A stretch of 49,388 bases of DNA from Ginsengibacter sp. (lineage in GTDB: Bacteria > Bacteroidota > Bacteroidia > Chitinophagales > Chitinophagaceae). Of this stretch, positions 29,538-42,144 are shown piece by piece. The stretch is from contig JBDSBN010000376.1 in assembly GCA_039921585.1 (NCBI GenBank), positions 1 to 49,388 of the forward strand, written 5' to 3'. A model generated the notes under the pieces. The model was not told where the DNA came from, made no database searches, and saw nothing but the letters and a program-made list of their open reading frames with translations. Each line of letters opens with the position of its first letter. The stretch's first letter is position 1. A program made the position numbers and the translations under genes.

Positions 29538-29978
29538 TTAATCCGGGAATCGTAATTTCTTTTGCATTTTAAAATGTGGTATCGAAACTTCCATAAATTC
29601 CTCACCCACAATTTTATATCCTAACCGCTCGTAAAAGCCGATGGCAGGCATTCGTGCATGCATTGTGATCATTTTGTAGCCTTTGTCCCGGCTAATGTTC
29701 TCTGCATAATTCATGATGGCAGCACCGATTCCTTTTCCTTGCAAATTGTTTTGTACCGCCATTTGTCTCAGGCGGATTTCTTTATTATTTAGAGGGTGCA
29801 AAAGGCAACAACCCAATATAGTATCTTCATCAAAGGCTCCAATTAATATATCCTCTTTCTCTTTTTCTAATTCTTTATTATCAAATCTTAAGTTTAAAGG
29901 TTTGCGTAATATGTCATAACGCAATTGAATCATTTGTTTATATTCCCTGGAATGATGTTCTATTTGTTTTATGGGCAT
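29538..29978 (-). CDS. GNAT family N-acetyltransferase
   Basis: LRQMAV...QGKGIG motif A, HAR..AIGFYERLGY, F.EV.IPH. Confidence 0.92.
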   Translation of the reverse strand: MPIKQIEHHSREYKQMIQLRYDILRKPLNLRFDNKELEKEKEDILIGAFDEDTILGCCLLHPLNNKEIRLRQMAVQNNLQGKGIGAAIMNYAENISRDKGYKMITMHARMPAIGFYERLGYKIVGEEFMEVSIPHFKMQKKLRFPD

Positions 29979-30408
29979 TGCTATTAATTAATAAGATAAA
30001 GCTACTTATTTATCGATTAAAATGGTTTCCTTCTGCTTCAGAAATGTTTCTTTTCAGGATCTTTTATAAAAAGGTTGTCCTTTTTTTATTGTCTTCGTTT
30101 GTTTAGATTAAAAGCATATTAGCGTTAGCGTTTCACACAAATATATAGAGGAGTTTTATAAAACAGGTCGTAGAAAAATCGGTGTATTTTTGAATTATCT
30201 AAGCGTAATTAATAGTTTAAGATATTCTGTGGGGAGAGTTTTTTATCCTTTTAATAATTTGAATATGAGGAGGTTGGTCCCTCTGTAATTATCTGTAGTA
30301 TTCACTTTGGGAGGATTGAGAAAACCAAATTTTATTTGCAAATAGTTATTATTTTTTATTACCGCAAAAAGTATATTTTTGTAGCCGTATTAACTAAACC
30401 TTACAATC

Positions 30409-30645
30409 ATGCAAGACATTGCAACAAGAGTAAAAAAAATCATTGTTGACAAATTAGGAGTTGACGAAGCAGAAGTAGTTTCTGAAGCTTCTTTCACTAA
30501 CGATTTAGGTGCCGATAGTTTGGACACCGTGGAATTAATTATGGAATTTGAAAAAGAATTCAATATTTCTATTCCCGACGAACAGGCAGAAACCATCACC
30601 ACAGTTGGTCAGGCAGTAGCATACCTTGAAGAACATGCTAAGTAA
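30409..30645 (+). CDS. acpP: Acyl carrier protein
   Basis: [20 protein letters not shown] phosphopantetheine site. Confidence 0.98.
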   Translation: MQDIATRVKKIIVDKLGVDEAEVVSEASFTNDLGADSLDTVELIMEFEKEFNISIPDEQAETITTVGQAVAYLEEHAK

Positions 30646-30675
30646 AAATCTTATTTAACATCGCAGGCAAGCTTT

Positions 30676-31929
30676 ATGGAATTAAAAAGAGTAGTAGTAA
30701 CAGGTTTGGGAGCTTTAACGCCCTTAGGCAAGACCGTTCCTGAATTTTGGGAGGGTTTAGTCAATGGGATGTCCGGTGCGGCACCAATCACACAATTCGA
30801 TTGTTCTAAATTTAAAACCAGGTTTGCCTGTGAGGTTAAAGATTTTGAGCCTACAGATCATCTGGAACGGAAGGAAGCACGTAAGCTTGATCGTTTTACT
30901 CAGCTTGCACTTATAGCAAGTGATGAAGCAGTAAAGGATGCCAATATTTCCAATGAAAATGTCGATCCGGATAGAGTAGGCGTTATTTTTGCCAGTGGTA
31001 TTGGCGGCATTAAAACTTTTCAGGACGATGTCATGGAGTTTGCCAAAGGAGATGGAACTCCACGTTTTAATCCTTTTTTTATTCCTAAAATGATCCTGGA
31101 TATAGCTGCGGGACAAATTTCTATGCGCTATGGATTTAGGGGGCCAAATTTTGCCGTAGTGAGTGCTTGCGCAAGTAGTACCAATGCGATCATTGATGCC
31201 TTTGATAATATTCGTTTAGGAAAAGCTGATATAATAATAACAGGAGGAAGCGAGGCAGTCATTGCTGAAGCGGGTGTTGGTGGTTTTAATGCCATGAAAG
31301 CACTTAGTGAACGAAATGACGATCCGAAAACAGCTTCCCGTCCTTTTGATAAAGACCGGGATGGATTTGTTATGGGAGAAGCTGCAGGGGTTTTAGTTCT
31401 GGAAGATCTGGAACATGCCCTGGCGAGAGGTGCCAAAATTTACTGTGAAATAGCAGGAGGAGGTGCCACAGGAGATGCTCATCATATAACAGCTCCTCAT
31501 CCGGAAGGTCTTGGTGCTCGTAATGTAATGCAGGCGGCTCTTAAAGACGCTAAAATGAAGCCGGAAGAAATTGATTATATCAATGTTCATGGTACTTCTA
31601 CTCCACTTGGAGATATTGCTGAAACAAAAGCAATTTTAAATGTTTTTGGAGAGAATGCATATAATTTAAACATCAGTTCTACTAAATCAATGACAGGTCA
31701 TTGTCTTGGTGCAGCTGGTGTAGTAGAAGCTCTTGCATGCATACTTGCGGTAACTAAAGACGTTATCCCTCCTACCATTAATCATTTTACAGATGATCCG
31801 GAATTAGATCCAAAATTGAATTTCACTTTTAATAAGGCGCAGTATAAAGTTGTAAATGCAGCTTTAAGTAATACTTTCGGTTTTGGTGGACACAATGCTT
31901 CAATTATAATAAAGAAGTATAAGCCCTAA
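30676..31929 (+). CDS. fabF: 3-oxoacyl-ACP synthase II
   Basis: RVVVTGLG, SACASS (Cys), NVHGTST, KSMTGH, SNTFGFGG. Confidence 0.97.
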   Translation: MELKRVVVTGLGALTPLGKTVPEFWEGLVNGMSGAAPITQFDCSKFKTRFACEVKDFEPTDHLERKEARKLDRFTQLALIASDEAVKDANISNENVDPDRVGVIFASGIGGIKTFQDDVMEFAKGDGTPRFNPFFIPKMILDIAAGQISMRYGFRGPNFAVVSACASSTNAIIDAFDNIRLGKADIIITGGSEAVIAEAGVGGFNAMKALSERNDDPKTASRPFDKDRDGFVMGEAAGVLVLEDLEHALARGAKIYCEIAGGGATGDAHHITAPHPEGLGARNVMQAALKDAKMKPEEIDYINVHGTSTPLGDIAETKAILNVFGENAYNLNISSTKSMTGHCLGAAGVVEALACILAVTKDVIPPTINHFTDDPELDPKLNFTFNKAQYKVVNAALSNTFGFGGHNASIIIKKYKP

Positions 31930-31951
31930 TCAAGGTGTAAAAATTATTATT

Positions 31952-32281
31952 ATGGAAAATGCAAGTAATGTTTCTACAACAGAAATAGAAAATTTTCTTG
32001 TTCGTCGCCTTGGAGAAAAGGAAGGTTCCGATATAATGGAATATGTCCATTCCGAAATTGATAAAAAAGTGTCTGAAAGAACTGCTGAAGTTCAGGCAGA
32101 AATAGCTCTGTGGCGAACAGAGTTAAAAAATGAATTTTATAATAAAGAAGATGCGATATCCCTGGAAGAAAAACTGGTGAAAAGAGTGTCCGCTGTAGAA
32201 GGAACAATAATATTATGGGGCTTTGTTTTTTGGATTACCACTCTGGTAGCTTTTTATGTCATCTTTAAATTTATTGTATAA
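31952..32281 (+). CDS. Small coiled-coil protein with C-terminal TM anchor (DUF1640/CCDC90-like)
   Basis: 109 aa; EFYNKED...LEEKL coiled coil followed by IILWGFVFWITTLVAFYVIF. Confidence 0.65.
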   Translation: MENASNVSTTEIENFLVRRLGEKEGSDIMEYVHSEIDKKVSERTAEVQAEIALWRTELKNEFYNKEDAISLEEKLVKRVSAVEGTIILWGFVFWITTLVAFYVIFKFIV

Positions 32282-32391
32282 TCAGGGATGGCAGGAATAA
32301 GTCTTCTATTAATAAGGAGAATGTATCCTGTATAAAATTTTATTCAATAATATAATCCGAATTGCTTTGGGATTATATCAAAATTTGCAAG

Positions 32392-33099
32392 GTGTCGTTA
32401 CTCAGTATCTTTTTATCCAAACGTGAGAGGGAATTTAGGAAGCAACTTCGCAATGTCCTTGGCTTTACCCCCAAAAAAATAGATTTATATCGTGTTGCAC
32501 TTAGTCACCGATCTGTAAGAGAAGGGAGTGATCAAAACAATGAGCGTCTGGAATTCTTAGGCGACGCTGTTTTAGGAGCTATCGTTGCACATTATCTTTT
32601 CATGCGTTACCCCTACAAAGAAGAAGGTTTCTTAACAGAGATGCGTAGCAAAATGGTCAACAGAAATCAGTTAAATGATATTGCTATTAAGATTGGACTA
32701 AAAAAAATCACCCTTTTTAACCGTTTTGATAATTCCTTAAAAGGTTCTCAGATTTTTGGAAATACGTTGGAAGCATTGACAGCAGCCGTTTATCTGGATA
32801 GAGGCTACGATGAAACGGTCAAATGGGTTTCCACTCATATCATTCATCCTCATTTATTTATGCAGGATCTTGAAAATCTCGATATCAATCTCAAGAATAA
32901 ATTATATGGTTGGGCGAATAAAAATGGGAAACTCCTGGAGTTTGATACTTTGGATGAGTCACTTGAAAATGGGAGAAGACTTTTTACTATTGGAGCAAAA
33001 ATAGATGGAGAAGTGATTGCAAAAGCAAAGGCTTTTAATAAAAAGGATGCGAGCCAAATTGCGGCACAAAAAGCAATTGAAATTTTGAATATAGTTTAA
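32392..33099 (+). CDS. rnc: Ribonuclease III
   Basis: ALSHRS, NERLEFLGDAVL, EGFLTEMRSK, C-terminal dsRBD. Start uncertain (GTG 32392 or TTG 32362). Confidence 0.95.
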   Translation: MSLLSIFLSKREREFRKQLRNVLGFTPKKIDLYRVALSHRSVREGSDQNNERLEFLGDAVLGAIVAHYLFMRYPYKEEGFLTEMRSKMVNRNQLNDIAIKIGLKKITLFNRFDNSLKGSQIFGNTLEALTAAVYLDRGYDETVKWVSTHIIHPHLFMQDLENLDINLKNKLYGWANKNGKLLEFDTLDESLENGRRLFTIGAKIDGEVIAKAKAFNKKDASQIAAQKAIEILNIV

Positions 33100-33159
33100 A
33101 TTTGTCAATAATAGTTGAACTGGGATATAGGTTGTTCAACATTAGAAAAATATATACTT

Positions 33160-34203
33160 ATGAAGTTTGGGATTTTAGGTAGTGGTAGCTGGGGTACAGC
33201 ATTGGCAAAATTGTTAACCGATAATAAAACGCCTATAAATTGGTGGTTAAGGAGTGATTCCAATATTACAAGTTTTAAAAATAGACGTCATAATCCTCAA
33301 TATTTACGGAGTGCCTATTTTGATACAAGTTTAATTAATTTTTCAACAGAGGCAGAGGCCGTGATTGAACAAAGCGATTGTATTGTCATCGTGATTCCAT
33401 CGGCTTATGTAGTGGAGTCTTTATCTGCTTTGCCTAAAGATATTTTTAAAGGGAAAAAGTTGCTTTCTGCTGTAAAAGGAGTATTGCCGGAAGAAAACAT
33501 TTTATTGAATGAATATTTGAAGGAAACGTTTGATGTAAAGCTGGTCGACTATTTTACTGTATTAGGCCCTTGTCATGCAGAGGAAGTTGCTTCAGAAAAG
33601 TTATCGTATCTGACATTTTCAGGGATTGATCAGGAAATGACCAAATTCATTGCGAAGTATTTTAAAACTCCTTATTTAAATACTATTTATAACACAGATA
33701 TTTTGGGAGTGCAGTATGCTGCTGTCCTTAAAAATATATATGCCATAGCCGCAGGAATAGCCCATGGACTTGAATATGGCGATAATTTTCTGAGTGTGTT
33801 GATTGCAAACAGTGCGGATGAAATGGCAGGCTTTTTACTGAAAGTCGGGGTGAAAAAAGTAGAGGTGGGCACCATTGAACATTCGATAGAAGAGAGTTTC
33901 AAAGAGCAAACAATTACGAATTATGCTGCGTCTGTTTATCTCGGGGATCTTTTGGTTACATGTTATTCACCTTTTAGCCGGAACAGAGCTTTTGGGAACA
34001 TGATTGGAAAAGGCTATTCCGTAAAAACGGCACAATTGGAAATTAATATGGTATCTGAAGGATACAATGCGAGCAAATGTATGTACGCAATCAATCAAAA
34101 GATAAAAGCCGAAATGCATATTGCCGAAACCATTTATGAGATATTATGGTGTGGATTGCCTGCAGACGAAGGTTTTGCCAAAATTGAAAGTATCTTAGTA
34201 TAA
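33160..34203 (+). CDS. gpsA: NAD(P)H-dependent glycerol-3-phosphate dehydrogenase
   Basis: GSGSWGTALA, GPCHAEEV, LKNIYAI, GDLLVTCYS..SRNR. ATG at 33160. Confidence 0.95.
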   Translation: MKFGILGSGSWGTALAKLLTDNKTPINWWLRSDSNITSFKNRRHNPQYLRSAYFDTSLINFSTEAEAVIEQSDCIVIVIPSAYVVESLSALPKDIFKGKKLLSAVKGVLPEENILLNEYLKETFDVKLVDYFTVLGPCHAEEVASEKLSYLTFSGIDQEMTKFIAKYFKTPYLNTIYNTDILGVQYAAVLKNIYAIAAGIAHGLEYGDNFLSVLIANSADEMAGFLLKVGVKKVEVGTIEHSIEESFKEQTITNYAASVYLGDLLVTCYSPFSRNRAFGNMIGKGYSVKTAQLEINMVSEGYNASKCMYAINQKIKAEMHIAETIYEILWCGLPADEGFAKIESILV

Positions 34204-35621
34204 TGAAAACCCACATTTGGAATGACCACATTTTGCTAGCTGCATTTTGCTTGATGGCATTTGGTGTTCTATTTGTTTCTTGCTCCAAAGATTCTTTTAT
34301 TACCAGTCCTGATGCACAACTTTACACCAGTGCAGATACCATCGCCTTTGACACGGTATTTACAACGATAGGATCAGTCACAAAATCATTTAAAATATTT
34401 AATGATAATGATCAAAAGTTATTATTATCCAAAGTGGCACTATCCGGTGGGGCATCATCTTCCTTTCATTTAAATATTGACGGGGTTTCTTCCAATCAGG
34501 TGGAGAACATAGAACTGAAAGCAAATGACAGCATGTATGTATTTGTACAGGTAAATATTGATCCTAATGCAGAAAACAAACCCTTTGTAATAAGAGATAG
34601 CATTGAGATTGCTTTTAATGGGAAAAAAAGATTTGTGCAGTTACAAGCTTATGGGCAAAATGCTGTTTTTTTAAATAAAAAAATAATTAGAGGTATTGAA
34701 AATTGGACAAGTGCACTCCCTTATGTGATCCTGGGAAGTTTGCAAGTGGATACAAATGCGCTGTTGAATATCGAAGCCGGAACCAAAATATATTTGCATG
34801 CGAATGCCCCTTTTTTGGTTGACGGAACATTAAGTGCTCTTGGCTCCAATGATGCACGCATCCTGTTTTCCGGAGATAGAATGGATGAGGTATATAAGGA
34901 TTTGCCCGCCAGTTGGCCTGGAATTTATTTTAGAAATACCAGTGAAAATAATGTGATGGAATATGCAATCATTAAAAATGCTTACCAGGGAATTATTGCA
35001 CAGGAAAGGTCTACAACTTCCAACCCTAAACTCACACTTTCTAAATGTATTGTCGACAATATATATGATGCAGGTATTTTGGGAATTAACACAGAAATCT
35101 ATGCAGATAATTGTTTGATCAGTAATTGTGGATCTAACCTAATGCTTGCCTATGGCGGGGATTATCAATTTACATTTTGTACCGTGGTTACCTATGGGAA
35201 TTCATTTATCAATCATAAAAACCCTGTTCTGCAATTAAGTGATTTCATTTCATCAAATGGAATAAATTATACGGCTCCTTTAAAAGCAATTTTTACAAAT
35301 TCAATATTTTGGGGAGAGAACGGAATTGTTGAAAATGAAATTTCCGTAATGAAAAAAGGTTCCAACTTGTTTGATGTGAAGTTTGATCATGTATTGTATA
35401 AAGCCAAAGATGAAGTATCGAATGCAACCTTTAATGCTTCCATCAAAAATATCAATCCGGGATTTGACAGTGTAAATACCTCCAGAAAGATATACGATTT
35501 CAGGTTAAGTAAAAACCCGGGATCTCCGGCTTTGAATAGTGGAGTTCCCACAAGCTTTCTATATGATTTAAATGGAAAACTAAGAGATGCTACTCCGGAT
35601 ATTGGATGTTATGAAAATTAG
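34203..35621 (+). CDS. Lipoprotein with Ig-like N-terminus and probable right-handed beta-helix
   Basis: Lipobox LFVSC, DTIAFDTVFT, WPGIYF, Asn/Cys-ladder repeats, PDIGCYE end; TAATG overlap with gpsA. Confidence 0.78.
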   Translation: MKTHIWNDHILLAAFCLMAFGVLFVSCSKDSFITSPDAQLYTSADTIAFDTVFTTIGSVTKSFKIFNDNDQKLLLSKVALSGGASSSFHLNIDGVSSNQVENIELKANDSMYVFVQVNIDPNAENKPFVIRDSIEIAFNGKKRFVQLQAYGQNAVFLNKKIIRGIENWTSALPYVILGSLQVDTNALLNIEAGTKIYLHANAPFLVDGTLSALGSNDARILFSGDRMDEVYKDLPASWPGIYFRNTSENNVMEYAIIKNAYQGIIAQERSTTSNPKLTLSKCIVDNIYDAGILGINTEIYADNCLISNCGSNLMLAYGGDYQFTFCTVVTYGNSFINHKNPVLQLSDFISSNGINYTAPLKAIFTNSIFWGENGIVENEISVMKKGSNLFDVKFDHVLYKAKDEVSNATFNASIKNINPGFDSVNTSRKIYDFRLSKNPGSPALNSGVPTSFLYDLNGKLRDATPDIGCYEN

Positions 35622-35719
35622 GTTAATCCTATCCCTCTTTATAAAATGTACATTTGAAAGCGTATACTTCCGTTAAAAATTTATTTTTTCAAAAAGCGTA
35701 ATTGCAAAAAAAATATATA

Positions 35720-36448
35720 ATGCCTTTAAAAAGAATTCTTGCTTTTAGTAGCTCTAGATCTGGTGATTCAGGCTATCTGGAAAGCGCATTACCGCATATC
35801 AATGATTTTCTCGGAGAAGAAAAACTAACCATTGCATTCATTCCGTTTGCTTCTGTAGATAATTACGAAGAATATTATAATAAAGTAACTGAGGCGATGA
35901 AAAGCTTGCCACATCAAATTAATTTAGTCCTTCCTGAAAATGCAAAAGATCTTTTGAATGATTGCGACAGTATCCTCGTAGGAGGGGGCAATACATTTAA
36001 ATTGTTATATGATTTATATGAGCTGGATTTAGTGGATTTAATCCGTCAAAAAATTAACGAAGGCATTGGCTATATTGGATGGAGTGCAGGATCAAATATC
36101 TTAGGTGCTTCCATTTCTACAACCAATGATATGCCTATCGTAGAGCCAAAAAGTTTTGCTGCTCTAAATGTGTTTCCTTTTTTAATTAACCCGCATTATT
36201 TCAATCAGGATACCCCGGGTTTTAATGGCGAAACAAGGGATATGCGATTAGAAGAATTTCTGAAAATGAATCCGGATCTATCTGTTTTCGCCTTACCAGA
36301 AGGAAGCGCACTCCGACAGGAAAATTTATATCTGGAATATTTGGAAAATGGACCCGGGTACATTTTTAAAATGTTCAACGGGCAAATTTTGAAGCAAGTA
36401 ACTTTATCTCAAACAAATATTAATTATTTATTGGGTGATTTGCGATAA
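35720..36448 (+). CDS. pepE: Dipeptidase E (peptidase S51)
   Basis: FIPFA, VGGGNTF, GWSAG (Ser), TTNDMPI, INPHY, GETR. Confidence 0.93.
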   Translation: MPLKRILAFSSSRSGDSGYLESALPHINDFLGEEKLTIAFIPFASVDNYEEYYNKVTEAMKSLPHQINLVLPENAKDLLNDCDSILVGGGNTFKLLYDLYELDLVDLIRQKINEGIGYIGWSAGSNILGASISTTNDMPIVEPKSFAALNVFPFLINPHYFNQDTPGFNGETRDMRLEEFLKMNPDLSVFALPEGSALRQENLYLEYLENGPGYIFKMFNGQILKQVTLSQTNINYLLGDLR

Positions 36449-36495
36449 GGCTCCTTTATTACACTATATTTGACGACTAAAACAACTCTGCATTT

Positions 36496-36942
36496 ATGGA
36501 TATCCTGCTACATACCGCCGTTATTTGGTTTATTATCGGGTTTATTTTATTCATACTCGAGTTTATTGTTCCGGGATTAATACTTTTCTTTTTTGCAGTA
36601 GGTGCATGGACAGTTGCTTTTCTATCTGTGTTTGGTGACATACCATTGACAGGGCAATTGCTGATATTTATCATCACATCTGTATTGACTATTCTTGTCC
36701 TCCGAAAATGGTTGAAGAAAAAACTTTATGGTGATCAATTTTCCCGGCAGATATTGGAGGATGAGTTCCTTGGTAAATTTGGCATAGCCGAGACATCTAT
36801 TTCTCCTGGAAATAATGGGAAAGTAGATTTTAAAGGCACAAGCTGGCAAGCATCTTCAGCCGATATAATATCTGCTGGAGAAAAGGTGGAGATAATTGGA
36901 AATGAAAGTATTCTTTTAATTGTAAAATCAACAAAACTATAA
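36496..36942 (+). CDS. NfeD-like (short, OB-fold) membrane protein
   Basis: N-terminal TM helices, GKVDFKGTSWQA, directly upstream of an SPFH gene. Confidence 0.9.
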   Translation: MDILLHTAVIWFIIGFILFILEFIVPGLILFFFAVGAWTVAFLSVFGDIPLTGQLLIFIITSVLTILVLRKWLKKKLYGDQFSRQILEDEFLGKFGIAETSISPGNNGKVDFKGTSWQASSADIISAGEKVEIIGNESILLIVKSTKL

Positions 36943-36944
36943 TA

Positions 36945-37871
36945 ATGACAACTGCTTCAGCAATTTTAATTGTATTAATAATATTTCTTCTTGTCGCCTT
37001 TCTTTCGACGTTTAAAGTAGTTCCGCAAAGAACGGTGTACATCATTGAGCGGCTCGGAAAATATAGTCGTTCGCTGGATGCAGGATTTCATATTCTGATC
37101 CCTTTTATTGATAAAGTAGCTTATAAGCAAAACTTAAAGGAACAGGCAATCGATGTTGCATCCCAAATATGTATCACCAAAGATAATATTGCAGTAGAAG
37201 TGGATGGGATTTTATATTTACAGGTGATAGATCCTCAGAAAGCTTCTTACGGTATAGATAATTATCGCTTTGCGGTGATCCAGATTTCGCAAACCACCAT
37301 GCGTAGTGTGATTGGTAAAATGGAATTGGATAAAACGTTCGAAGAACGTGAAACGGTGAATGCAACGATTGTAGATGCAGTAGATAAAGCCAGTGTACCA
37401 TGGGGTATCAAAGTTTCCCGCTATGAAGTAAAAAATATTTCTCCTCCACAAAGTATCCGTGACGCGATGGAAAAACAAATGCGTGCTGAGCGCGAAAAAA
37501 GAGCCCTTATTGCTGAATCGGAAGGAGATAAACAAGCAAAAATAAACCGGGCAGAAGGTGAAAAGCAACAGACCATTGCATTATCTGAAGGAGAAAAAAT
37601 GCGCCGCATCAATGAAGCGAGTGGCCGGGCTTCAGAAATAGAATTGGTTGCTGTGGCAACCGCAAAAGGTATCCGTGAAATTGCTCTCTCCATTAATGAA
37701 GAAGGTGGAATGAATGCAGTAAATCTGCGTATTGCAGAACAATACCTGACAGAATTTGGAAAATTAGCCAAAACGAATAATACGATGATTGTACCTGCAG
37801 ATCTATCAGATATTGCCGGGGTGATTTCGAGTGTTACTTCCGTGTTGAATAAAACAAAGGCAGAAATTTAA
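36945..37871 (+). CDS. SPFH/band 7 (stomatin/paraslipin-like) protein
   Basis: VVPQ..IIERLGKY, ITKDN, QTTMRSVIG, WGIKV.RYE, AMEKQMRAERE. Confidence 0.95.
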   Translation: MTTASAILIVLIIFLLVAFLSTFKVVPQRTVYIIERLGKYSRSLDAGFHILIPFIDKVAYKQNLKEQAIDVASQICITKDNIAVEVDGILYLQVIDPQKASYGIDNYRFAVIQISQTTMRSVIGKMELDKTFEERETVNATIVDAVDKASVPWGIKVSRYEVKNISPPQSIRDAMEKQMRAEREKRALIAESEGDKQAKINRAEGEKQQTIALSEGEKMRRINEASGRASEIELVAVATAKGIREIALSINEEGGMNAVNLRIAEQYLTEFGKLAKTNNTMIVPADLSDIAGVISSVTSVLNKTKAEI

Positions 37872-37972
37872 TTGGTTGTTTTGATGTTGTAGCAATTAAT
37901 AAATTTCTATAATTATTCACAATCCCTTTTGTTTACAGGAACGAATTCTTCCTATCGTCTGTCGGAATAAAT

Positions 37973-37980
37973 TACCTTTG
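37973..37980 (+). promoter_or_regulatory. Sigma-A -7 element 5 nt before the DUF983 start codon
   Basis: TACCTTTG-CGCCC-ATG. Confidence 0.65.
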
Positions 37981-37985
37981 CGCCC

Positions 37986-38423
37986 ATGAGTGAAAAACAA
38001 AAACCAGGTCCTGGTTTGCTTTCAAGTCTTTTGGGATTACAATGTCCCAGATGCAGGAAAGGAGATCTGTTTATACATAAGAACCCCTACAAAAAAATGA
38101 AGCTAAGTTACATGCTGGAGATGTATAATAATTGCCCGGTATGTAATCAGAAATACGAATTGGAAACGGGCTTTTGGTATGGAACAGGTTATGTGAGTTA
38201 TGGATTGACAGTGGCAATTTCTGCCGCAAGTTTTGTGGCCTGGTGGATCATTCTGGGCTTTTCATTGTATGATAACCGGATTTTTTATTGGTTAATTGCC
38301 AACGGGGTGTTACTGATTGTTTTACAACCCTGGCTGATGCGGGTAAGCAGAGCCCTGTATTTATATTTCTTTGTTGGGTATAATGAAAATTACGACAAAG
38401 AAGAAACGGTAAAATTTACCTGA
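37986..38423 (+). CDS. DUF983 family membrane protein
   Basis: CPRCRKG, CPVC...ETGFWYG..YVSY, two TM helices, R.SR motif. Confidence 0.85.
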   Translation: MSEKQKPGPGLLSSLLGLQCPRCRKGDLFIHKNPYKKMKLSYMLEMYNNCPVCNQKYELETGFWYGTGYVSYGLTVAISAASFVAWWIILGFSLYDNRIFYWLIANGVLLIVLQPWLMRVSRALYLYFFVGYNENYDKEETVKFT

Positions 38424-38524
38424 TCTATTGCAAACGTCATTAAGTATTTTCTAAAAAGAAGAAATTTCATTTTGTCAAAAATGAGATGATTTCTTTAACC
38501 GATTCTTTCTTCACTCTTATTGAG

Positions 38525-38562
38525 AAAAAAAAATCGCAGGATGAGAGCCTGCGATTTTTTTT
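38525..38562. terminator. Bidirectional intrinsic terminator between convergent genes
   Basis: A9-TCGCAGG-ATGAGAG-CCTGCGA-T8. Confidence 0.85.
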
Positions 38563-38585
38563 AGAATGGAAGAAAAGATATTTTT

Positions 38586-41771
<3,186 letters not shown>

Positions 41772-41853
41772 TCAGTAGCCTAAACAAGTAATTTTGAATT
41801 GAAAAAATGTAAAATTTATTGAAACTAATTCTTTTAAAAACGAAAAGGATAGT

Positions 41854-41996
41854 CAACCGTTTGCATAAAATTCATTTCTAAAAAAAGTTGATTTTTAATA
41901 AGATTTCTACTTTTTCTCCTCATTTTGTAAATAATCGGTTTAATCAATCGGTTGTGTTTGAGATAATTTGTAAATAAAAATTTGAGCAACCGATTG
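41854..41996. promoter_or_regulatory. Cluster of four LacI-type operator-like palindromes in the divergent GH2/SusC promoter region
   Basis: CAACCGTTTG (41854), TAATCGGTTT (41932), CAATCGGTTG (41945), CAACCGATTG (41987); central CG flanked by AA/TT. Confidence 0.6.
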
Positions 41997-42144
41997 ATTA
42001 AGGATTTGTTAAATAATTCCTTTTAAATTTATCCTAACAAAAGAGAAAGCCAAAAAAAATATTTTAAAAGGCTGGTACTAAAGGCTAATGGTTATTTATA
42101 ATGGCATTGAATTATTCAGGAAAGACAAAACGAACATCAAATAC

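Noticed and set aside
32392-33099. RNase III with GNTLEA instead of xDxxEA, suggesting inactivation
   Set aside because: Asn at this position is, to my knowledge, usual in Bacteroidota RNase III, and the NERLEFLGD signature is intact.
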